Shown here one piece after another: positions 33,603 through 45,669 of a stretch of DNA of 55,647 bases. The number at the start of each line of letters is the position of its first letter. Position 1 is the first letter of the stretch. The position numbers were made by a program, and so were the translations under genes. The DNA is from Thraustochytrium aureum (lineage: Eukaryota). The stretch lies in NCBI GenBank assembly GCA_012862495.1, contig BLSG01000198.1, positions 7,364-63,010 on the forward strand. The letters are read 5' to 3'. The notes under the pieces are model-generated. The model had not been told where the DNA came from and did not search any database. It worked only from the letters and a program-made list of their open reading frames with translations.

Positions 33603-34957
33603 TCTTGGAAGATGACGTCCACTGGACGGTCGGTGGAGATTTGGTGCACGAGGCCCTGCTGCTTGAAGTGCACAATGATGGGCATCCTGAAGCGGCCGCG
33701 CAACGGTGGCGGAACCAGCAAGTCAGCAACTGTGGCAAGCGGGCGGCGCAAGTGTGAGTCGGGGGGTGGCCGAACAAGCCAAACTTACGTATCGTTGTGG
33801 TACGTGACGAGGCGCTTCTGGATGCTTTCCGGGTTGTCGTCCGTGCGCCCGCTGTCCCGGCCGCGCTGCAGCAGGCGGTCGATGATGACGGGCTCGGGGC
33901 AGTCGAAGAAGAGCACGCCGACCACGTTGACCGCCTTGCCGGTCTCACGAAGCCAACCGTCAAGGTTGTCCTGGTTGCGTGGGAAGCCGTCGATGAGGTA
34001 GCACGGGCTCGCGGTAGCCTCCATCGCGTTGCGCAGGAGCTTGACGGTGATCTCGATCGGGACGATCTTTCCGTCGCGGATGTACGCGTCGATGAGGGCG
34101 CCGTCCTTGGAACTGGGGTTGGCGCGCTCTTCGCGCAGCAAGTCGCCAGCGGAGAGGTGGACAAACCCGTACTCGCGCGACAGGAGCGCGCACTGGGTCC
34201 CCTTGCCACTGCCTGGCGCGCCGAGCACGAAAATGACGCTAGGGGGGCCTGAGCTCACGACGCTGTTCGCGCTTGCCTGCGCTCCGGCGGACTCGGGCGG
34301 CTCCGCGTGGGCGTGCGGCGCGTCGGGCTGCGGTTCGCGCGGCGAGAGGGAGATCGAGTAGGTCAGGTCTTTATTCGTGAGCCACGAGTAGCCGTTGTCC
34401 CACTGCAGCCAGAGCCGCCCCGCCTCCTCGACGACAATCGAACCCTGGATGGAGACGTCGTGCGAGTCGACTTTTTGGTCGTCCACGATCGTGAGCACGT
34501 CGCCATCGGGCTTCTCCAGGAGAACAGCAAAGCCGATGTCACCGCCCTCGGTCTTGAAGCCCCACTTGACAAAGTTACCAGGCACAACCTCCAGCGGCAC
34601 CTGCTTGACTGCGCCGGCTTGGACGGTGACTTGGGTGGTCTTCCACTTGACCTTTTGGTTGTCGTCCGTCATGCTCTCCGCCACGGTCGGCGCTTGGTCG
34701 GTTCGTCTCGAAGTGGCCGGCGTCGCTTCAAGCGAGGCTGCTTTTGGCGTTTCGGGGTCTGGCAGGCGAGAGGGAGCGCCGGTCGTTGGCACACCTGCGG
34801 GTCTGCCAAACTTGGCGGTCTCGATCTCGCGGAGCCGCGCTGCGACGAGCTGCTCCTTTTTGGTCTCGAGTTCTCTATTCTCGGCCTCGAGCTGCTCCTC
34901 GATATCGCGTCTCGCGCGCGCCTCCTTTCGCAGCTTGCGGATGGAGGACTTTGGCAT
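33603..34957 (-). CDS. Coiled coil + GOLD domain + UMP-CMP kinase fusion, with an intron at 33687-33788; 3' end in the gap
   Basis: One frame from ATG 34957 carries a GOLD domain (VKWGFKTEGGDIGF..GRLWLQWDNGYSWLTNKDLTY) and then FVLGAPGSGKGTQC, HLSAGDLLREE, GKIVP, LIDGFPRN, GRTDDN. Splicing gives HNDT-MPIIVHF. Confidence 0.9.
33687..33788 (-). other. Spliceosomal intron (102 nt)
   Basis: GTAAGT donor, GCTGAC branch-like site and TTCAG acceptor. It contains an in-frame stop, and removing it restores the kinase C-terminus. Confidence 0.85.
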
Positions 34958-36445
34958 GATTGTCGAGTCAAGGGCGCTACGTCAGCTCACCCTCCCGCTC
35001 CGCCCGCCAGCGAGACTCGCTCGTAGCCCCGCGTCGTCGACCCGGCCTTCCGCGCCACCCAGCCCCTCGCGCGCAGAGCGTCCTACTCTCGCACTTACCC
35101 TGCCGCCGCACAACTACACGCGCCCGCCGCCCGGCTCGTCCGTCCGCGAGCGAGCACGCACGAGCACGCAAGCACTCAAGCAACCAAGCAACCAAGCAGT
35201 GCTGCAGATCGGTTCGCCCGCGACGCGCTGCGCTCTGCCGCTCTCGCCGGCCGATCGTTGCAGGGTCGCGCGGCCGCTCCGAGCGCTCCGATGCCTCAGG
35301 CACTGCCTCAGGCGCTGCCACGCACCACGGCCACGATCGGTCGATCGTCCATCGATCTTGCGTGCACCATGCCCACGAAGCCATTCTCCGGGGTCGGTCT
35401 CGGGTCGGCCTACGCCCCTGCCGGTGGTACCGGTAGGCCTAGCTCGAGGAGGGACAGAGTCCTCTTGATTGATTGAAAGCTCGCGTGGCGCTGGTGCCGC
35501 TCGCTCGCTCGTGTGTTGGTGGATGCGCTCCGTGCCTGTTGGTCCCNNNNNNNNNNNNNNNNNNNNNNNNNNNNNNNNNNNNNNNNNNNNNNNNNNNNNN
35601 NNNNNNNNNNNNNNNNNNNNNNNNNNNNNNNNNNNNNNNNNNNNNNNNNNNNNNNNNNNNNNNNNNNNNNNNNNNNNNNNNNNNNNNNNNNNNNNNNNNN
35701 NNNNNNNNNNNNNNNNNNNNNNNNNNNNNNNNNNNNNNNNNNNNNNNNNNNNNNNNNNNNNNNNNNNNNNNNNNNNNNNNNNNNNNNNNNNNNNNNNNNN
35801 NNNNNNNNNNNNNNNNNNNNNNNNNNNNNNNNNNNNNNNNNNNNNNNNNNNNNNNNNNNNNNNNNNNNNNNNNNNNNNNNNNNNNNNNNNNNNNNNNNNN
35901 NNNNNNNNNNNNNNNNNNNNNNNNNNNNNNNNNNNNNNNNNNNNNNNNNNNNNNNNNNNNNNNNNNNNNNNNNNNNNNNNNNNNNNNNNNNNNNNNNNNN
36001 NNNNNNNNNNNNNNNNNNNNNNNNNNNNNNNNNNNNNNNNNNNNNNNNNNNNNNNNNNNNNNNNNNNNNNNNNNNNNNNNNNNNNNNNNNNNNNNNNNNN
36101 NNNNNNNNNNNNNNNNNNNNNNNNNNNNNNNNNNNNNNNNNNNNNNNNNNNNNNNNNNNNNNNNNNNNNNNNNNNNNNNNNNNNNNNNNNNNGTCAACCT
36201 CATACACCGGTACGCCTCGGACTTTAGTTAGTTGCATGATAGGCGAGGATTAGGTTGTGGCCGGCGGGCCCTCTGCAACGAGGCACCGACGTGCTGGGCT
36301 CATTTCGGTGCGGGACTGGCTGCGCGCTACACAAGGCACGGACTGCTGTTCTACGGAAAAAATATGTTCTCTGGAAGTCTGCGGCCGCCCTGAGACCGGC
36401 AGCCGCAGCTCCTGTGGGAGTAAGTACTGGTCATAATTCCCTCTT

Positions 36446-39400
36446 CTAGGAACTGTCCTTCGGGCTGAAGAAGCGCTTGAGCAGGCCGCGCCGCGAGCTG
36501 ATCTCGACCACCGACCCAGTCCGGTTCTGGCGCTCGGTCTGCTGCGTTGTGACGAGGTTGCGCACCGAATTGGACACCGCCGAGACGGCCGTGATGCCCG
36601 AAACCGAAGTCTGGACACGGCTAAAGGTCTCGCGAAGCCGGTTAGCAATCGCCGCGCTCTGCGTTGAGCGGTTCTCGACCTGAGAGTCCGACTCGGAGTG
36701 CAGGCCGCGAAGCTCCTGGATCGAATAGCTCTCCGACACGATCAAGTTGCGGTGCTGCTTGAAAAGCGGGTTGCCCTCCCACGGGTCACTTTCGCCGGCC
36801 CGGAGGGAGTGGCGCGAGCCGCTCATGAACGAGCGGAAGCGCGCTCGCAGCGAGCCCAGCGCAGTCTCCGCCTTGGCGTGCTCGAAAAAGGTCTCGTCGT
36901 CGTTCTGCTCGGCAGCCTTGGCGCGGCCCTTGGCCTCCTCCTCGTCGTCATCGTCCTGGTCGTCGCGGCGCTCGCCAGAAAAGGCTGTGCGGTCGAGGGA
37001 TAGGAGGGCTAGGAGGCGGAGGTGGAGCTGGTCGGGGTCGGCTGCGAAACGGTGGCCGTGCAGCGTCGACACGACGGTCCGGTAGAAAATGCTGGGGAGG
37101 TGCAGGCGAACCCATACGGTGAGGTAGTTCTCGAACGACTCGTCGGAGGGCGGGAAGGCGGTGATCGTGAGGCAAAGCAGGTCGATGCCGAGCTCGACGC
37201 TGACGGGGCTCGGGTTGTTGGTGAGCTGCATGACGATCTGCGCAAAGATCTCGTCGCGCAGGTGGTCGTTCTCGAGGCCCAACTTGAGGACGTTGAGGCC
37301 AGCGACGTTTCGCGTCGCGTTGGAGGCGCCAGGCTTGTCGCCCATGTAGCTGCGGATGTCGCTAAAGGCGCGCTGCGCGAGCTTGATGTCGGCCTTGTTG
37401 CGCGTGAAGAGCACGGAGGACTCTAGGCGGCGCGTCGAAAAGGAGAAGGGCGAGCCCGAGGGCGCGGGCGGGGCGGGCATCGGGCTCGTGGTCGACTCGG
37501 CCGGGGCGCCATCGTCTTCTGAGCCGGACTTGCTGGCGCCGACGTCGCCGCCGGTGGCCTTGGCGAACTGCGAGAGCGTCCCGGTTCCTGGCCGATGGTG
37601 CGTAAAGCGGCCCTGGCGGTGGGCACCTAGGCCGTTCTTGAGCGACGCGACGCAGCTGGCGTTCGCCGAGGTCTGCCCGCGCACCCGCTCCATCGAGAAA
37701 AAGTCGGCGTAGTTGGTGAAGACGCGCGCGAGGTCGATCTCGCGCAAGCGAAGCTGGCGGTGCTTGCGACGCTTGCGGTCGCGCCACTTTTTCGCGCAGG
37801 CCAGCTCGCGCTCGACAAACTCGCGCTCGTCCAGCTCGAGGAGCTCGTTGACCTTGTCGACGGATCCGTCCGTGTAGCCGAGGCGATCGGCCTCGGCCTT
37901 AACCTTGAGCAGCAACGCGCGGTCCACCATGTCGATGGCGCGCTTGCTGTCCTCGTCGAGCTGCTTGAAGCGCGAGGCGGTCTCCTTGACCTTGTCGAGC
38001 GCCTCGTTGGACCGCGCCCACGCGTTGGCCTCCTTGCTGACCTCCTCGACCTTTTCGCGCTCGAGCGACTCGAGCGCCTCGGTGGCCTTGTCATCCAGGT
38101 CCTCGACAGAGCCGCCCACCAAGAGCTCCTTGACGTGGTCGTAAAGCTCCTTCTGTCGGTCGGTCATGGGGTGGCCCTCCGCCCGGAGCCGGTCCGCGTT
38201 GGCCATGACGTCCTCGGCCTTTGCGACGTCGAGCGACGCGCGGTCTGCGACATCCTCAAACTCCTCCAGCTCCTCCTCGACGGTCTCCCATTGCTCGAGG
38301 CCGGCGTGCATGCGCTTGGCCGCGCCCAGGCTCGGCGGGTTGATCTTGAACAGCGAGCCAACGCCGCCCAGAATCTCGGGCACCTCCTCGATGGCCGTCT
38401 CGAGCGCGGCGACGTCGGGCTCGTCCGCCTGGATGGCCTTCTTCAGGGCGCGCTCGGCTTGGGCGAGGTTTTTGCGCAGCTTGCGGGCCAGACCGCGGCG
38501 CCAGGCGGCCTGGATGCGGGGCACCTCGGTGGCCAGCGCGAGATCCCGCAGGAGCTCGAGCATCTTGTGGTCGTCGACGCGGTAGAGCACGCGCATCTCG
38601 CCGATCTGCACCCCGGCAAAGCGCTGCGGCGAGGCCTCGATAATCTCGAGGCAGAACGCCTTGAGCTCGCGCTCGTTGTCGGTCCCCGAGCGGTATTTGT
38701 ACCCGCGGTTGATACACCTGTAGCGGCGCACAAACTCGTCGTGCAGGAGGCGGAACGGGTACCCAGTCTTGCGGATCTCGACCGCCTCAAAGACCCCGGA
38801 GGAGCGCAGCTGCTCGAGGCACTTGCGGCCGTCAAAGTCGTTCGGGATCTGACCCGCGTTGGGCTTGATGCAGCGAATGTACCGCGACTGGGTCTTGTTG
38901 AGGATGGCCATCAGCTCCGTGAGCTGGTTGCGGAACTTTGCGCTCTGGCTGATCACCTTGACGCGATCGTTCTCTTCGAGGACGGGGAAAAGGTCCTGCG
39001 TGAGCGTGTCCTCGGACTCTGCGCAAATATCGTACAGGTCCTGGAAGAGCGTGTCCGAGTTTTTCACCATGAACCCCTTGGCGTCGTACGTGACGACCCC
39101 GGCAAAGTGCTTGACGGAGAAGTTGAGCGCCTCACCGGCGCCGCGCGCCACAGCCTTGTTGCGCGAGCCGGAGGAGCCCAGTGACTGAAACGCGCGGTGG
39201 TCTTTGTGCACCGCCTCGATGCGCCCCATGAGGCGCGCGTCGCTCCCGCCAGGCACGACGCACTCGTCGTCGAGGAGGTTGAGGATCCCATCGGGCCGCT
39301 TGTCGATGAGGTCGAGCACGGGCTGGTTGTCCTGGAACTTGATGTGGCGGAACTGCACCTTTTCGATCTGGTAGAGCTCTTCCTCGTCCCCGAACGTGTG

Positions 39401-41490
39401 CTGGTTGAAGAGCTGCTGCAGCCGCTCGTTGGCGTAGTTGATGCAGAGCTGCTCGAACGAGTTGTGCTCGAAAATCTCAAAGCCGAAGATGTCGAGGATG
39501 CCGATAAACTTGCCCGAAGCCTCGCCGAACGACTCGTTGATGCGGCGCACGAGCCAGTCAAAGAGCCTGCTGTAGACGGCCTTTGCGAGCGAGTCGCGAG
39601 CCTGCACGGCCTGCTGAACCTTGAGCGGAATCGTGGACTGCTCGCCGCGCACGACGATCGTGCGCTGGGTGAGCACCCGCTCGAGCGCGGCGACCTCGAT
39701 CTCGAGGAGCTCGCCGGCGTTGTCGAGCGCGGCGCGCGCTGGGGACTTTGGCGGCCCGCTCTCCGGGTCNNNNNNNNNNNNNNNNNNNNNNNNNNNNNNN
39801 NNNNNNNNNNNNNNNNNNNNNNNNNNNNNNNNNNNNNNNNNNNNNNNNNNNNNNNNNNNNNNNNNNNNNNNNNNNNNNNNNNNNNNNNNNNNNNNNNNNN
39901 NNNNNNNNNNNNNNNNNNNNNNNNNNNNNNNNNNNNNNNNNNNNNNNNNNNNNNNNNNNNNNNNNNNNNNNNNNNNNNNNNNNNNNNNNNNNNNNNNNNN
40001 NNNNNNNNNNNNNNNNNNNNNNNNNNNNNNNNNNNNNNNNNNNNNNNNNNNNNNNNNNNNNNNNNNNNNCCGTTGGGGAGCTTGATCTCTGTAAAGCCGA
40101 CGTTGCCGAGGTGGAGGACGGCGGCGGTGGTGCGCATGAGCCACTCTTGCTCGTCGTCCTCGAAGCCGAGCTCCTCGAGCGCGCTCACAACTTTTCGGAA
40201 CTCGACGGCGTCGTCGACGCCGTTGGCCTTGACGCATCCGCTCTGGTTCAGGTAGTGGAACGACTCGGCGCCCCCGTCGAGCATGTAGCGCTCGACGACA
40301 TCGGCGTCCTTGAACAGCTGGTAGAAGATGTGGTAGTTGCGCTCGGTGGCGGCCTGCATGGTGACGCGCGAGCTCTCGAGCAGGAAGCTGGTGATGGCGG
40401 CCCCGTTGATCTGCTTTGAGCGCCGGTCGAGATACACGGCGATCCACTTGCCGAAGCGGCTCGAGTTGTTGTTGCGCACCGTCTTTGCGTTCCCGAAGGC
40501 CTCGAGCACCGGGTTGGCGACCAGCACCTTTTGCTCGACCTTGTGGTCCGGGTTGGTGCCCGAGGAGGCCGTCATGGTCATCTCGAACCGGCCGGCGCCG
40601 CGACCGCCCTCCTTGCGCGACGCCGCCACACGGGCCAGGAAGTCGAGGCACTGCTTGGTGGCGTGCGTCTTGCCTGCGCCGGACTCGCCGCTCACGAGGA
40701 TGGACTGGCTCTTGTTCTCTTCCATGAGCGCGTCGAGCGAGTCATTGGCGATCCCGAACACGTGGGGGGGCAGTTTGCGGCCCGTGGCGACAGCCTCGGC
40801 GCCCATGCGCTGGAGCTCGATGTGCTCGTTGGTGTACAGCGGGAGGTTTTGGAACGGGTTTACGGAAATGAGCACGGTGCGGCTCGAGCCGACCCAGGTG
40901 TATATCTCGTTGTCCTCGTAGCGCACGCGCAGGTTGTGCATGACCATGCCTTCGTCGAGCGCCGGGAGGGCGACCAAGTCCTCCTCGATGACGTCCAACG
41001 CTGCGCGCTTGAGGGGCCACAACGGCACCTTTTGCGAGACGCCCCCCGTCAGCTTGCCCTTCATGATGCCGATGTGCGGCACGCGCACGCTCTGGTTGTC
41101 TAGCGTGCGCGCGGAGACCTCGCCGGTCTTCTCGCGCAAGAGCACCTTGGCGGGCTGCCACACGTTCTTTGGGTGGGGGACCCAGACCCCATTCCCCCCT
41201 TGTCATCTTCGAGCTCCTTTTCCGACTTTAGCGAGTCTGGCTTTTCCCACTGCACCCGGCCGGTGTCCAGCTCGAAATAGTACACGCTGCCGTCCAGGGT
41301 GCGGCGCTGCTCCCACCCCGTCTGCATCATGACCTCGAGCTGCTGGAGCGAGGTGGAGCTGTTTGGCCGGTTGCGGCCGAGGATCTGCTGGAACCGCGAC
41401 TTCCACTTGGAGCTCCGCCGCTCGCTGACGGTCTTCCTCTCTGCCTTGACGAAGACGCTCGTGCGCCGTCTGCGCTCCTCCGCGGGAAAC
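36446..41490 (-). CDS. Unconventional myosin: WW domain, motor, IQ, helical region, MyTH4 tail; internal gap 39770-40069, frameshift near 41190, 5' end in the gap
   Basis: WW motif GWEQRRTLDGSVYYFELDTGRVQWEKP. Motor motifs GESGAGKT, NNNSSRFGK, DIFGFE, CINYANE, RCIKPN. IQ motif IQAAWRRGLARK. MyTH4 motif YMGD..LRDEIFAQIVMQLTNNPS..FPPS. Confidence 0.93.
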
Positions 41491-42689
41491 NNNNNNNNNN
41501 NNNNNNNNNNNNNNNNNNNNNNNNNNNNNNNNNNNNNNNNNNNNNNNNNNNNNNNNNNNNNNNNNNNNNNNNNNNNNNNNNNNNNNNNNNNNNNNNNNNN
41601 NNNNNNNNNNNNNNNNNNNNNNNNNNNNNNNNNNNNNNNNNNNNNNNNNNNNNNNNNNNNNNNNNNNNNNNNNNNNNNNNNNNNNNNNNNNNNNNNNNNN
41701 NNNNNNNNNNNNNNNNNNNNNNNNNNNNNNNNNNNNNNNNNNNNNNNNNNNNNNNNNNNNNNNNNNNNNNNNNNNNNNNNNNNNNNNNNNNNNNNNNNNN
41801 NNNNNNNNNNNNNNNNNNNNNNNNNNNNNNNNNNNNNNNNNNNNNNNNNNNNNNNNNNNNNNNNNNNNNNNNNNNNNNNNNNNNNNNNNNNNNNNNNNNN
41901 NNNNNNNNNNNNNNNNNNNNNNNNNNNNNNNNNNNNNNNNNNNNNNNNNNNNNNNNNNNNNNNNNNNNNNNNNNNNNNNNNNNNNNNNNNNNNNNNNNNN
42001 NNNNNNNNNNNNNNNNNNNNNNNNNNNNNNNNNNNNNNNNNNNNNNNNNNNNNNNNNNNNNNNNNNNNNNNNNNNNNNNNNNNNNNNNNNNNNNNNNNNN
42101 NNNNNNNNNNNNNNNNNNNNNNNNNNNNNNNNNNNNNNNNNNNNNNNNNNNNNNNNNNNNNNNNNNNNNNNNNNNNNNNNNNNNNNNNNNNNNNNNNNNN
42201 NNNNNNNNNNNNNNNNNNNNNNNNNNNNNNNNNNNNNNNNNNNNNNNNNNNNNNNNNNNNNNNNNNNNNNNNNNNNNNNNNNNNNNNNNNNNNNNNNNNN
42301 NNNNNNNNNNNNNNNNNNNNNNNNNNNNNNNNNNNNNNNNNNNNNNNNNNNNNNNNNNNCACCCAGCGCCGTCACTAGAATGCCGAGAAAGGGCGCCCTC
42401 GGCGGAGGGGAGCAGCAGGGTTCCCACTGGAATTCGGAATGTGCGCCCCTCCCCCGGTGGAACTTGGACGTGTGCGCTACTTGCTCGGACGCGGTGTTCC
42501 ACGCCATGCCGATGTTGGCACGGGCGAGATGCACGCGTTCATGATCGATCGATCGACCGACCGATCATTCATGCGCTTTTGTTGCCTCTTGGCGGCGCAG
42601 CGCAGCTCGCAGCAGCATGTTTGTCGCGCTCATGCAGACGCGCCGTCGCCCTTGGCTGCACAGAGTACTTGCGTACATGCAGTCTGGGC

Positions 42690-45142
42690 TCAGGCAGCCG
42701 AGTTGAGGTTCGACTTGACCAGGCTGTAGGCCAAGTTGTTATGGCCGTTCGCAGCCTCGAAGCCGGCCGCCAAGCCCCTCAGCAAGTCCACCACGACCTC
42801 GTCCTCGTTGCTAAATTCGCGCTTTGCAATGGCAAGCGCAAGGGAGAGGATGACAAGGGCGCGCTCGGCCTCGCCGCTGGCGACGAGAACTGCGCCAATC
42901 TTCTCGCAGATGCGCAGCGTCTCCTCCCCGATTCGTCCTTGGAAGGGCGCTTTCGAGTACAGGTCCAGAAGCTCGCTCCAGCTGTCGCGCTCGGGATCGA
43001 GCAGGCGCGCCAGGAGGTCCTTCGGCGCTCGCGCACTCGTCCAGTGCAGGGCTAGCGCCTCCTGGAACGACTGCAGCGAGAGCTCGTACTTGCCTTGCAT
43101 GCGGCGGATTTCGCCCAACGTCAAGAGCGAAGCTGCGACCTTGAGGCTGGTTTTCCCAAGCGAAGAGGTGCGAGCGGCAAGGGCTTTGTTGCAGTGCTCG
43201 GCTGCCTGATCCAGCTGGCCTTGGCTCAGGAGAAGGACCGCGATGTTGTGGCGCGTGGTAGCGCAGCGATGATTGTCCACGCCATGAGTGGCCTCGGTGA
43301 TCGCGAGAGCCTCGAGGAGCAGCGTCGTTGCCTCGTCGATCCTGGACTGTTCGCTGTACAGCGCGCTCAGTTTGTTGAGGCTCGCAATCATGGCCGGGTG
43401 GCGCGGGCCGTGCTTGTCGCGCAAGAGCTGGAGCGCCTCCTCGGCGTGCGCCACAGACTCGCTGAGCATGCCTTGGCGCCGGTAGCAAACCGAGATGTTT
43501 TGCAGCGAGCGAGCGAGCCGCTTGCGCTTGGTGCCCTGGGCGCGCTCCAGCGCCAGCGCCCTGGCGTAAAGGTTGAGCGCCTCGGCGTCCTGGCCAGCGG
43601 CGCTCAGCATCGCGGCCACCTTGTTGAGAAGCGCCGCGTCCGCCTTTTGCTTTTCAGTGGCGTTCTCCATGGCGCGCAAGGCGCTCGCGGAGAGCGCCGC
43701 GCGGAGCGCGCCTTGCAATTCATCGGTCGCCGCGTCGAGCGAGCCGGCCGCTTCTTCGAGCACTTTGTGAATCCGGGCAAGGTCGTCCGGGCGCGAGCAG
43801 ACCGCCGAGCCGGCGGAAAAGGTATCGCACGTGTCCACCAAGCGCCGGTGGCTTCTCTGGACGCTACAGAGGAGGGCTGCTCCCAGCCGCCCTCGAGCAA
43901 AACCTTGAGCTCGCCATCGCAGCGCACGGCTGCATGCATTTCGAGCACGCACCACGCTCTCGAAAGCGGCAACGGGTTCGTCCACGCCTCCAAGTAGACC
44001 ACGCGACGATTGAACGCGCCGAGGTTGCGGTGGACGTAAGCGGGCCCGTGCGGTGCTCCGGCGCTGCAGAGCGCGTCGAGCCACACGAGCCGACGCGGCG
44101 CGGGCTCGCGTTGGGCAGCACCCTCGGCGTCGAGACTGGCGCACAGTGCCAGGACAGCGTCGAGGAGCTCGAAGAGGCACGATTCGTGCGAATAGATGAC
44201 GTACGTCACGTCCTCCGTGTCGTCGACGACAGGCACGGCGCCTCCCGTCAGGCCCGGGACCGCGCCATCGGCAGAAAGAACGTGCTCGACCAGATCGCGC
44301 ATAGTCCAATCCCTGCGCTCCTTCACGTCGACGAGGTCGAGGCTGACCTCGACAGTTGCTTTCGAGCCTGGGACCGCGATGACCGCTGCGGGCGCTGAAC
44401 CCCCCACACGGCGTTGCATCGCCACTATCTCGCCATGACCCGCGCGCCTTGGTTGCGCTACTTGGCTCGGGGTTCCTGGAGCGAGAGACGATGCGAACGG
44501 AGCGCCCGGCGAGCGCCCCGCTTGAGAGCTCGCCAGAGCCGACCTGCTGGCCCCCGACTCGCTCGCCTCGGACTCGCTGGCGAGCGACGCCTGGCTCGCA
44601 CCCCGCGCGCGGCTAGCCGTGGAGTCGTCTTGCTCTTGTTGTTGTTGTTCCAAATCTTTGCGCGGGGCCAGTACGCCGAGCTCCAAGCCCGGGGCTACCG
44701 CCCCGCTCAGGAGCCCTTCCTTGAGTTTTGCAAGCCATTCCACAGGAACGGCGTTGATGCTCGGCGCGCCCTTTGCGCGTGCGCTGGACGAGCGCTTCGA
44801 TGTATTCACCAAGTTGCCGATCGAGCCGATGAATCGAGTGGACCACCTCTGGCTCTGCTGCCGCGCGGCTCGCGGCTCTTCCTTTTCAACAAGTCGCGCT
44901 TCCGTTGACGTCCGCTTGGACGCCTTGTGCGCGCTGTTTCTTTCGCCAGCCCCTGCGCCCTCGCTCAGCGGCTCGTTCTGCAGCTCACTCTGCAGCTTGC
45001 TCGGCAGCTTGCTCGGCAGAACGCTCGGCGGCTCGCTGGGCGGCTTGCTGGGCGGCTTGCTGGGCAGCTTGCTGGGCAGCTTGCTCGACGTTGTCGCACA
45101 TTCGGACCTCGCCGATCCACTTTCCCGCTGCCTTGTTCCCAT
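42690..45142 (-). CDS. TPR protein (kinesin-light-chain/NPHP3-like repeats) with an upstream TIR/HET-like alpha/beta domain; frameshift near 43880
   Basis: ATG at 45142, a low-complexity N-terminus, then VWLDAL..LEAWTNPLPLSRAWCVLEM..CSRPDDLARI and about five 42-aa TPR units (e.g. HPAMIASLNKLSALYSEQSRIDEA). Confidence 0.75.
44962..45086 (-). repeat. Coding 12-bp tandem repeat encoding (S-K/E-L/P-P/Q)n
   Basis: About 10 degenerate GGCAGCTTGCTG-type units encoding SKLPSKLPSKPPSKPPSEPPSVLPSKLPSKLQSELQ. Confidence 0.85.
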
Positions 45143-45669
45143 GGCGCGTCCACANNNNNNNNNNNNNNNNNNNNNNNNNNNNNNNNNNNNNNNNNNNNNN
45201 NNNNNNNNNNNNNNNNNNNNNNNNNNNNNNNNNNNNNNNNNNNNNNNNNNNNNNNNNNNNNNNNNNNNNNNNNNNNNNNNNNNNNNNNNNNNNNNNNNNN
45301 NNNNNNNNNNNNNNNNNNNNNNNNNNNNNNNNNNNNNNNNNNNNNNNNNNNNNNNNNNNNNNNNNNNNNNNNNNNNNNNNNNNNNNNNNNNNNNNNNNNN
45401 NNNNNNNNNNNNNNNNNNNNNNNNNNNNNNNNNNNNNNNNNNNNNNNNNNNNNNNNNNNNNNNNNNNNNNNNNNNNNNNNNNNNNNNNNNNNNNNNNNNN
45501 NNNNNNNNNNNNNNNNNNNNNNNNNNNNNNNNNNNNNNNNNNNNNNNNNNNNNNNNNNNNNNNNNNNNNNNNNNNNNNNNNNNNNNNNNNNNNNNNNNNN
45601 NNNNNNNNNNNNNNNNNNNNNNNNNNNNNNNNNNNNNNNNNNNNNNNNNNNNNNNNNNNNNNNNNNNNN

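Noticed and set aside
7245..45142. An NAD-signalling gene cluster linking the TIR/HET-like protein and the nicotinamidase channel
   Set aside because: The genes are about 29 kb apart, separated by unrelated housekeeping genes in a eukaryotic genome, so proximity is not evidence.
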